Assembly: GCA_002633005.1 (NCBI GenBank)
Contig: NMRA01000297.1
Coordinates: 108,737 to 172,736 of the forward strand
Origin: Phoronis australis
Taxonomy: Eukaryota; Animalia; Phoronida
Length of the DNA stretch: 64,000 bases
Reading direction: 5' to 3'
The translations under genes and the position numbers were made by a program. Below, one piece after another: positions 35,613-46,805 of this stretch. How positions within the stretch are numbered: the stretch's first letter is position 1; each line of letters opens with the position of its first letter. A model generated the notes under the pieces. The model was not told where the DNA came from. It was given only the letters and a program-made list of their open reading frames with translations, and did not search any database.

Positions 35613-38159
35613 CAGTTTACTTTGGTGTCAGAGTGCTCTGTGGGTATAGTAATGCTTGGAAATGACCGCTTTGGTGAGTGTGGTCAGGGGAGCCAAGACA
35701 ATGACAGTCAAAGATTGAGCTAGATCAACTTTTCTGGTAACCACTTCAAACTGCCTTGGATACCTACTGCGTAATCCACTGTATCAAAATTGGTCAATGC
35801 CAGACAATTTCAGTGGTGGGAAATATCAACCAGAGGGTTATAAACAATGAGCTAGATCAATCCAAGAGGTAACCGCTTGAAACCAGTTGCAAAATATTCA
35901 CCGTGAGCCCAGGTATCACGAATGAACACTGCCAGACATATCTAGTTGTGGGTTAGCCCCTCCATGCACGCCCAAATACCCGAGTTAGGCTAGATCAATC
36001 CATCAGGTAACCGTTTCAAACCAACTGCACAATGTTCAGCATCACTGTACATGGCACAACTGTTAGAAAATTTCAGTGGTGGGGTGCCCCTGCCAGACGA
36101 TTATCAAAAAGGGTAAATAATTGAGCTAGATCAACCCAAGAGGTAACATCTAACAACCAGTTCCAAAATAATCACTGTAAGCCCAAGTATCACGAATAAA
36201 CACTGTAGGACAAATCTAGTGGTGGGTTAGCCCCGCCAGATACGCCCAAGTACCTGAGTTGAGCTAGATCAACCCAAGAGGTAACCGCAAGAAACCAGTT
36301 GCAAAATATTCGCCGTAAGCCCAGGTATCTAGACTAAATACTGCCTGACAAATCTAGTGGTGGGTTATCCCCGCCAGACACGCCCAAGTACCTGAGTTGA
36401 GCTAAATCAACCCACCAGGTAACCGTTTGAAACCAATCGTCCGATGTTTAGCATCACTGCACGTGACACAACAGTAAGATACCCCAATCAGACAAATAAA
36501 GACTCGAAACAAAATTGATTATAAGCCCATTCACAATGAATAAGCATCACATTGAGGAACCAAACACTTCGATTTTTAAAAAAGCCACTGAATCCGTGCG
36601 ACATTGGTTACCACACAAGGTGAAATATTTTTGTCCGCAAGTTTACGTCAGGGCATGAAAACCAGAAACATCGTGCCTGATGTTGCAGCGACCTCACAAT
36701 TCCATTCGAAAACATTGGAATACTCCACATTATTCACTATTAAAAACATAACCTAAAAAACCTGTCCGAGACGGATAACTCGTTGTGTCTGCACGAATTT
36801 CGATTTTCTGTTGTCCTATTTTACCAGTCTAAGCTGCGTACCTCTGTTTTCGGACGAGTCATTTGATACAACTGCTAAAACGAATAGTAATCGAAATGTC
36901 ATCTTTTGCTGTCGTCTGCGTTATGTATGCGCGCCAACTATCTTCATTTCACACACTGATTAATGACAAATTTGACAAAACTGATCAGTTTTGGGCAATC
37001 TCCATCTTTATCATAAACCGAGCCCACAGAGAACTCCGGAGATGCGTCAAGAATAATGACGCCAGTGGCTACATCATCATTTTCCCGACTATGCTAGATG
37101 TATTCTTTGCCCTGAGCCGCCCAAACTACGCCAGATGGGGAATATTGTTTTACCAAAAGTTGAAATTCGCAGAGTATTGCGTGAAGCGCTGGAAAACGGT
37201 GCGTTCTCAGTGCTACGTACTACGTAGAAGAACTTCAGGAGATCGGCTGTTGACCTCTGTTTGGAACAGTCCGTATATTTATGTTTGATATGATGTTCCC
37301 AAAATTAAGGCTGCAAACACCTCAGTGGTACCTGATATTTAGTACGTACGGTCCTGTTGGATTTCGTGGAAACTGAAAGCTGTAACGTAGATAAAACATT
37401 CAGCTCATGTTGCGAACATGTTATTCACAATTTGTGTTAAACAAGGGAATGGACAATAACAACGAAGTTGTAGCAGGTACTGATACTACTAACTACATTG
37501 ATAACTAAGTTAGTAATAATTTTGCATTTGCCTCTGATTCAAAGCGCTTCAAGTGTCATCGGGTAGTACTCGTCAAACTTCGCCCGAGTGCCGCTGTTTG
37601 TGTAGATGACAAGATCGTGCATATGATAAGAGGAGGCACTATGTTATTCATAAACCACGCGCGTGGTGGCCACACCAAAGGGTAACAAGTGAGTCCAGAT
37701 GTGATTGTCCATACCTAAGCACAAAAGTTTAGCCCTACGACCTTAGTAAGCTACATGTTTTGCATTTTGCAGTGAGAGATCCCAAAGAAATAGTGCAGTG
37801 TGAATGCCTTCAACTCAGCCAAGAAACAAAACAGCAGAAAACTGAGAGTTGTTATTCTGCTAATTTGGTTTTAATAGCAAGCATGATACGGCAGAGGTAT
37901 AGGCATTTTCACATTTTGAAATGAAAGTGATCGTTAAAAATCCAAATATGTTGTTCATCCAGTGTCCACTTTGATGATGGGTTGGTGGATTGACTTGCAT
38001 GCCTGTACACGTTTGAACGTTTCTGTTCTTTTAAATTCGGTACACGATGACGGTAAGTTCATTATAGGCAGTCCTCCATCTTGCTAAAAAACAGACATTC
38101 AACTACCGCGTTTTCTTGCAATGAGAATACACCGTTGAGCATTTTCACGTAAACGTAGA

Positions 38160-38316
38160 CCTCAACTAGGACTAGGAAATCATCCACGTATGTCATTATG
38201 TACTCGAGCATATAGAGTAATCGACACTTATCTTGAGTTCGCACAAAAGTAAAGTAAAAAATGCCAAACATGATTTCGAATTCCATTTCGAGTAAAAAGA
38301 TTCGAGACTGGCCCCA
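38160..38316. mobile_element. Right-end fragment of the same Harbinger MITE family
   Basis: Matches 35480-35615. Confidence 0.75.
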
Positions 38317-40783
38317 GAACTCCGACAGTTCACTACCGTGATTGTGTGATCACGACTCATTCTCAAGCAGAGGCATCACCTGGGGCACGGCTAAGGCGAC
38401 CAACGGCGGTTTCAAATTGAAGAAGACTAAATGGGACTCCCTGACTTCGTGAGATGTGGCAGGGACAGGCCGGGGGTGGCCTACTAACTTCATTTAGTTT
38501 CTACTTGTCCGTGTACGTCGCGCTGCGATTTGATCTTGACATGGATTTGATGGATTGTGTCATGGTTGATAATTCATCAGTATTCCTACTTCATATCATT
38601 TTAAAACGCAAGTGGGTACTTATTTTAAGACATGCGGGCGATTTCGCATGCATATGAAATTTGACTACGGGTAAATCTGGTCGAACTCAGATAGTTGATT
38701 GCGTGTGGCATTGCTAATCTACAACAAGACTTGTCTCGCAGTGTTTATTTATGATATATGGGCTTGCGAAGAATATTTGCAACTGGTTCCATGCGGTTAC
38801 CTCTTGGGTTGATTTACATCAAATTTTAACGCCTCTTTAGTCGTCTGGCAGGGACACCCCACCGCTGAAATTGTCTGGCATCTAACAGTTGTGCCATGTA
38901 TAGTGATGCTGAACATCGTGCGATTGGTTTCAAATGGTTACCTGGTGGATTAATCTAGCTCAACTCCGGTACTTGGGCGTGTCTGGCGGGGGTAACCCAC
39001 CACTAGATTTGTCTGGCAGTGTTCATTCGTGTTACCTGGGCTAACGGTGAATATTTTGCAGCTGGTTTCACTCGGTTACCTCATAGATTGTTCTAGCTCA
39101 ATTTTTGGACCTTGTTTATAACCGTCTGGCTGATACTCCCCACCACTGAAATTGTCTGGCAGTGACCAATTTTGATACAGTGGATTACGCAGTAGGTTTC
39201 CAAGGCAGTTTGAAGTGGTTACCAGAAAAGTTGATCTAGCTCAATTTTTGACTGTCATTCTCTTGGCTCCCCTGACCACACCTACCAAAGCGAACCTGTC
39301 AGACGGCCATTTCCAAGCATATTAGGGTACCCACAGAGAACTGTGGCACCAAAGAAAATTGGTTACCTTTACCTGCCCAAAACTGTTGTCACAAGGAAAG
39401 AATACTGGTTAAGAAGCTATACAAACACTCGGTAGACGTACTTAATTACAAAAACAAATCTCTCTTACAGATAATGACTAAGACAACATTAACTGTCTTC
39501 TAAATTGAGTCCTGGCCTCGGTTTATATTTCAATTTCCCAGTTATTTGTAAAGTTTTTGTTACGTATATACTATGCAAATCATTTTCTTAAGTGTTCTTG
39601 TATTTCTTCATAGTTGTGTGTATATGTTGAAATAGTGCTTTTGAGTATGCTTGTACATGATGGTTTGTATTCAGATTCACTGTTCTGTTGAAAACGACGT
39701 GCAATTTGTATTTTTCCAATAAGCGATAGTCGAATCTGTCTGAGCGTAAATGGAACTTGAAGAAAATTTACTACCCAAATACTCCGATTTCAACCTGTAA
39801 CTAAGCATATGTATCCAGTACGTGGTACATGTATATAAGTAGTCATCACCAGTGCCTTTTGGAGATTTTTGAGCTGGACCTGTTTTACCGAACAACTGCA
39901 CTTCGTCACTGTTGACAGTAAAAGGCGGCACGTCCCTTGTGCACCACTATGCAGGCCTCCCGAGAACATTGAAGTGCGATGCCTACATGAGTCTGCCTAT
40001 GTGCTGGGCCTATGGTAACGCATTTCCTTGTAAAATATAATCAAGTGCGTTCATCCATTACGTTTGGCCTATCCTTGTGTATTATAAATTGATATGTGAT
40101 TTATGTACCTTTAAATGTAATTAGAGTGTTATAGGATCTCTTGATGTGGTGTCCTTAATCTATATTGCGAACATCATAACGCAGTTTTCCTTACAGGGTT
40201 TTATTATTTTCTCTGACCAATTCAAACCGGAGGAACTTGGTTAAAATGACTGATGAATTCGCGAAACGGTTGCATAAGAATGGAGAAATACCCAGCGTGA
40301 AATTTATTATCGTTTCCTGTCCATGATTTGTTAGCAATAATGGTTTGGGGAACAAATAGTGAACACTATGGAGTCCCGTTTTCAATAAGTACAGTGTATG
40401 TTTGGACTATGCTGATCACGTGACACAACATCAAGTTACAGATGACACTTAAAAGTCTTTAGACAATGAAAGGCAAGACGGTCGAACGTGTTCGAAATGA
40501 GTGGTGAGAGCTTCAAGAAGAATTGCTTTTGTAGCTTGGGGAGCGTCTGACGCACATCGACAACGCATTCCTTGGTGCCGCGGCTTTACTTCATCAGAAA
40601 CAAGTAGGTCTCGGGCAGGTGAGTAGATTTAGTCCGGATTATGAGTATAGATGAAGCTTCGTGGTAGTTTGTTTTCTCTGCGTTACGAGTCACTGCTTAC
40701 AAAGTGTTCTCACAATATGCACATCGGGTCTGGTTAAAATGATGATGGGAATTTTTCTTGCAACCCTTTTCAGTCAATTTGCC

Positions 40784-40999
40784 CATGCGCGCACCAAGTC
40801 CTAAAATAGGAGGGTCGAATTTTGAGGTTGTGGACCTTTTAATGAGAAAAGAAAAAAATGTAGTACGTTCAGAGCTAAGAATTGTGCATCAGCCTTTTTA
40901 GTGGACTTTTGTGTCGTTTTCAACTTTTTCGGACTTTTTGTTTGTCTGAGGCGGAGATTTTCCCGTTCGAGCCCCCGAGCCCAGCTGGGTGCGCGCATG
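40784..40999. mobile_element. CATGCGCGCACC-TIR MITE copy
   Basis: Reverse-complement homolog of 32076-32324. Confidence 0.75.
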
Positions 41000-42407
41000 T
41001 TCTCTATGTTTATGTGTCATGTTATACATGCAAGAATATGGTTGTCACAAAGCGTATTTTTTGACACGTCTTCTTCATTACTGTGCAATATACCATGAAG
41101 CGTTGGGGTACTTATTTCGTTAAGTCATGAAATGTTACATGTAAAATTCCAGGGGCATTGCTTTGACATTGTGAAATTTTAATAATGATTCGGCACTGAC
41201 ATTCTTGCAGCTGCTGCGAAGCAATCTTCTGTTATAAGTGAGTTCGGTGGGAGAGTTGGAAAGAACTCGTGATTCTTGCAATGGCGTCTGGTGACCCTTG
41301 CCGTGCCATATGACATCATGGGGCGCTGCTTATAGTTGACAGTGCTAAAATGGCGTTTCGAAGCATATTTTAGGCAGTATATACTGAGAAACTAGTACTT
41401 CTGACTGCTACCTCGTCAGCTGCAGTACAATTGCATTCTTCGTTAACGCATCCCCGTACGAGGTTTGAGCTACACAAATGCGATACCAAGCCATAACGAA
41501 AATGGATTGAAAAGGTGGGGCTCATTTACAGGAGCTTGCTCGAATACGTCATTATTTCGTGCAGTTTTGTTACAAAAACTTCTCCATGTGTTGGGAATTA
41601 TTCCATAAGCTTAGCCATTTCACAAGGATTCATGGGCAATAATAAAGAAACCATTAACAATCTTTTGTAAACTTTTAAACTTGAAGCCTCATGCAGGGAA
41701 GTTTGATAGAAAATGCACATCTTCGTTTGGAAACAGGCAGTCAAAATGTCAACTTTCTGAGAGGTAAGACTCCCTGTACTTCTGTGGTAGTCACCCCCGG
41801 TGTTTTAGATCAAAGGCAGGCATTGTAAGTGCGATATTTCCACAGGCTTATGATGTATGAATATTAGACAGTCTAACTGGGATCTTGCCCAAGAATCTAC
41901 TCACAGAATAGCGCCGTTTTTTGAGATAACCGGGGAGTAACACTGGTTGCTTTGACACGCAGTGCAATGCAAGGATGGTCCCCACTAGATTTCCATTTCT
42001 AGTTGATGACCATGTGAAAGAATTTTATACCTTTTAGAATTTTTGTAGTTCATAAACGTTGTTTCATTGTTGAAAATTGATTCCATTTTAAGACCTTGTT
42101 GAACAGATTCAGTCGGCCGGTCAAACAGGTAACAATACTCCAAATTGTGTAACCTAACGGTGATACTTTGTAAGCCAACATTTAGCATATTTCCTACTTA
42201 GACCCTGTCATATTATTTCCAAGATCCGATAACTTCATTAGACAAAAAACCAAGACTTTATTATAGGGCATTAAAAAGTGCCAAACGACTATTTCCGCTT
42301 CTCACAACTTGTTTTGCTTCTCTTTCTTGTACATTGCTGGGCGATGTTAATTTTTCGTGGACTCAGGAAGTGTGTTTGACACGTTGTTTGCCAGTTCTAA
42401 GTATCGC

Positions 42408-42852
42408 TAGTCCTCTGCGTGTCCGCGGGAAGGTTGAAGACACGCAGGTATCATTCAGAAGCACGCGTTTTATCACTGGTTGATGTAACCTCGATAGTCA
42501 TTGGTTTGCTTTACAACAAAGAAAGAAAATGGCAGATAATTTTTAGCCTTGTCATGTAACAGGTGTGCTATTCATACTATATGAATATAGGACGGCAACG
42601 TAAACAAAAGTCAGCAATAGTAGAAAAGTACACACCGAAAAGGCACTACCACAACTTTCCGATACACATTTCTTGAACATATCCAAATTAAGCACCGGTT
42701 TGTCTGTACAACAAACCACGAACTACTTCAGTCATACCGGTTTGTTCACGAAAAGTGCTACCTGTTGAGAATTCGACCAGCCAATCAGAAACGCCGGTGT
42801 AAAAAAAAATTACTGCGTGTCTTCTATCCCCAAGCGGACACGCAGGGAACTA
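42408..42852. mobile_element. MITE with TAG...CTA termini and ~40-bp hairpin-forming TIRs (Academ-like termini)
   Basis: TAGTCCTCTGCGTGTCCGC...GAAGACACGCAG is inverted at 42813-42852; flanks TCGC/TCGA. Confidence 0.7.
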
Positions 42853-43569
42853 TCGAGATTCCAAGTGAGCCCACCAGTGGACGAGACGGTTCGTCATCTG
42901 GTGATTGAATCGCTGTTTATTCGCGTGATTGTCATAAATCTACGTACTTTGAAATATTAACTGACTCCAGAAATTACACGAGCTCTTGCAATTGATGTTT
43001 CAATTATATTAACTAATTGTTTCTGTTGTCCTTTGAGGTCGCTGTACAATCTGGGGTGCGTGGTTGTATACGTAGCTCTAAGCAGATGCGGTACCAAGGG
43101 ACCGTTCAGCAACGTAAGTCATTTGCAATACACGTGGGAGGAGAAATGTACGCTTACGGAACGGAAATAGTCACTCAACAATTTAGCCTCACTGTACAAT
43201 CAATTCCATTATTATAATCTACGCTAGTTATATCTGGGATTTGTCTTGCGTGATTTTGTGCGAACTTGCCGAACTCACAAGATATTAACTCAATTAAAAG
43301 CACCCCGAATTACTGCTTAATTCACTCTCTTAGCCGACTGCATTAGACCGCATTTCCAGTGAAATTGTTTGACGAAACACTGTGAATCAAAAAAACGTTT
43401 CACATCCTTTCACGCTACTATAAACCCATGACCCGTCCCTGAGGCCAACTTTCAATTTACAGACATCGTTTCAAGTGACTTGTTCCTTTACTCAGATGAG
43501 ACGTGAACTCTGGATTTGCGAAGAACATAGAATTCGTTTATAAATTGAGACCATGTTTGTTTCATAAAA

Positions 43570-43730
43570 TGACCCGTCATGACAAGTCAACCCGTCGTGA
43601 CAAGCCAACCCGTCGTTTCAAGCCAACCAGCACTGACAGGCCAATGCGTCAAGCCAACCCGGCGTGACAAGCCAACCCGGCATGACAAGCCAACCCGTCG
43701 TGACAAGCCAACCTGTCGTTTCACGCCAAC
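43570..43730. repeat. ~18-bp minisatellite
   Basis: GACAAGCCAACCCGTCGT units. Confidence 0.9.
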
Positions 43731-43831
43731 TTAGTAGAGCATAGGCTCAGTCAGCTACGTACTGTATCAGTTCTTTCAAATGAAATCAAATTAAACTTGA
43801 CTGACAAGCAAAATGAGACCACTTTCACAAC

Positions 43832-43833
<2 letters not shown>

Positions 43834-43908
<75 letters not shown>
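43834..43908. repeat. (TA)n microsatellite
   Basis: Direct reading. Confidence 0.98.
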
Positions 43909-43911
<3 letters not shown>

Positions 43912-45333
43912 ATTTAAATCAAAAATTTGTTTTTGCAATGGAAGACGGATTTATTGCGGCTTTGAATGTAGTCATACCAATGGAAGTGAATTCATTGGTG
44001 AGTACACAGACTTACACTTTCAGTTATTCTTTTAAAACGAATTCAGTTCAAAAAAAAATTAAATTGGAACCGAGGCTGGTGCACTCTAGATTTTATTGTA
44101 AACTGATGGTATACTTGAATGTAATGGGAATGTTGTTGCAAAACCCTACTCCGTGGTTTTTTTTATCTTGTTGCACTTGCCGAAGTCGGAACCAGCGTGT
44201 ACTATGACAGTGTTTAGATTTTTTCTGTCTACCAACCAACACACGATGATACCAAAGCTCACCCAGTGGCACCATAGGCTATAGATAGGAAGTATCTATG
44301 GTGGCACTGACCGTGTCCGTTATACAATTACAATTACCAGGGGTTATTGATGATTGACGAGCCACTGTTTGTATCCATTACTCTGTGTAACGTAGAAAAT
44401 ATATGTGAAACTAGAAGAGGCGATCCAGATCCTATAAAGGATACTACTGTTTGAAGAAAAGTAGATTATTTGAAGGTGAATAAAACAACAATAATGCATC
44501 ACTCTATGTCGTATTTTGATGTATGAATTAGTTCGCATTTTCCATATGTTACCAGCCAGGTTTTTTAAAAAAGCTGCCTTATACCACATTTTCCCCTGCG
44601 CGTTTGTGGGGATGCTTAAATGAATTTTCGAAACCGAATATCATTGCGTAGGCGCTAATTTATATAATTATGGCCATTGGTCATCTTTGTGTACTGTCAA
44701 TGAAGTGTAGAGGACGTGTGGATATAGAAAAACGTAAAGCTATGCTTAGCTGTGTGCGCGACAAGAAATATTAGATCTGTTGTCTGCAGGACACCATTGG
44801 GGAATAATTTTGTGAGGATACAGTGGTGTTATACTAAACATTTGAGTTGTGGATCACCAAGCTCTCGTAGAGTCTCTTCAATAATAAGTTTGATTTCGAA
44901 GCTACTTCGAATCGTCGAGAAAGCCAAAGAATTTATTTGTAAACTCAATTTATTATTGAAAAAAAATCACATACCTCTTATATACTTCCTAAAATAGAAA
45001 TTCTGTTTTCTTCTTTCAAAATTCTGTCCAATATTCTAGAACAGCAAAAACGCGGATTTGACAAGTATATGTGGGGACTGGGATCTAGTTCAAGACATTG
45101 ATCTGACTTGCTACGATTATTACGCCATACAGAACAACTGAAGTACTAGACGTCCAGGTTTGTTTCTTTGAATACTAGTTACTGTTAAATTGGATTTTTG
45201 GCGTTTGTGTGCATGTGCATGCGTGCGTGTGTGCATGTGTATGCGTGCGTGAACATCTCAAATTGCCATGCATCACTTCACATGTATTTGTTTGTATGCT
45301 TGATTACTGACATTTTAAATGATAACAACACTG

Positions 45334-45408
45334 TATGGGCGGCGCACCATAAGGGGGTTGGGGGGGGGACTATAGCCCCCCACTTTTTTCAGTGCTGCGC
45401 CGCCCATG
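45334..45408. mobile_element. 75-bp micro-MITE with 5-bp TSD CACTG
   Basis: TSD at 45329-45333 and 45409-45413; TIR (C/T)ATGGGCGGCGCA. Confidence 0.82.
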
Positions 45409-46679
45409 CACTGTGTTTAACAAAACGAACATACTTGTTCAATAAAATGAAACCTTGAAGCTAACGTAATACTTGTGATGAGTTTGAGAGACATCTACAA
45501 ACACTAATAAAGTACATTTAAGCTATTTTTCTCAGCTTTTCAAACGGACTTTCGTTGGCAGACGCCGCATAGAGCGGCGGCTACCATGGTCTGGAAGATA
45601 TAATTTTTTCCGCTCGTCCAAGGATTCTGATAACGTGATCGGTTGGAGTTCTTGCAAAATCGACTGAGTTCCAGAAAACCCTCTACGTGTCGCCATTGCA
45701 GCGATATTAGAGAGCCTCTGGTACACGTTAAGCGCGAACATGTGAGGTCGGCATTCGTTGCTTACTACGTCACAATGTTAACCTACATTTTTGCGTTTTG
45801 TCTTGTCACACGGGAGAAAAGTACGCGAAGACCACTGATCTCACGGAAGTCCAAAATGTGAGTCTTCATTGCCGAGTTGTCGTAAAAGATCCTTAGATTT
45901 CTATGTAACTTTTTAATGTTTTAGAAAGTTTATCTATTCAAGAGATGGTGTAGCTTAGTGCATGTGTCTTACTCGGTTGATTGTTTGAACTATGACCTTT
46001 GTTCTGAGACCCTTCTTGGGTTGTTGATCTTTCCCAGCCAGTTCAGAAACTGTCAGGTTTATGAGTCCCTGATTTCAGAATAACAGGCGTTATTCATTGG
46101 AAATTACTGGTTCTAATACCAAGAACCAATTTAGAACCCATAAAACCTCCTATCACGAAGTTGTCACCCTTGCTAGTTACTGTCGTGCCACGGTGCCATC
46201 TTGCCTGCTGCCAATTTGTTTGTCTTTATGTTACCTGTTGCCAATACGTATGCCGCCACTCCCGATCAATGATTGTCACTACAGTGCCACTCTGGTAGTG
46301 GCTTTCATGGTGCAACTCTCTATTATACTACATAAAGTGAACGTTTATTGAACATGCTTCGCCTTTGACATCTTTCAACGAAAATTGTAAAACCGAAAAC
46401 AGGCGAATGTATTTGTAAACAGCAATAGATAGGCTTTTGTTATTTTAAATCGGTCTCAGAAACAAAAACGAGTGGTAAAGGGAGGTCTTTTAAAAACTGT
46501 TTGTTTAAAATATATGCTCTATTCCTTTAACGTTTTGAAACGATTTTACGCCCTAAAAATGTTTTAAAACAATCCATTTACTTGTTTTTTCTTGTTCTGC
46601 TCTTAGACCGATGACGATTTTGATGACACTGTCCAGGGTGATACGAAGGGAGTTAACTCAACATAACACACAGAAAAAC

Positions 46680-46805
46680 TAAGTGTAGGCTGCACTCTCA
46701 CGTGGCACATGTGATCACACATAAGTGCAGATCGCGCTCTCACGTTGCAAATGTGATCACATATAAGTGCAGATCGCACTCTCACGTGGCACATGTGATC
46801 AAACG
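46680..46805 (+). repeat. 3 x 42-bp tandem repeat spanning the pseudogene's ancestral stop codon
   Basis: TAAGTGCAGATCGCACTCTCACGTGGCACATGTGATCACACA at 46680, 46722 and 46764. Confidence 0.9.

Larger units (their letters stand above)
35188..39382. mobile_element. ~4.2-kb foldback DNA transposon with long internally repetitive TIRs and a central transposase relic
   Basis: Left arm 35188-~36480 is inverted to right arm ~38770-39382 (GAGCTAGATCAA...GGTAACC units); centre 36990-37270 reads FFALSRPNYARWG and ENGAFSVLRT...RSAVDL.LEQS with a frameshift and stop. Confidence 0.8.

Noticed and set aside
43797-44207. 136-aa ORF with YI repeats
   Set aside because: Product of the (TA)n microsatellite
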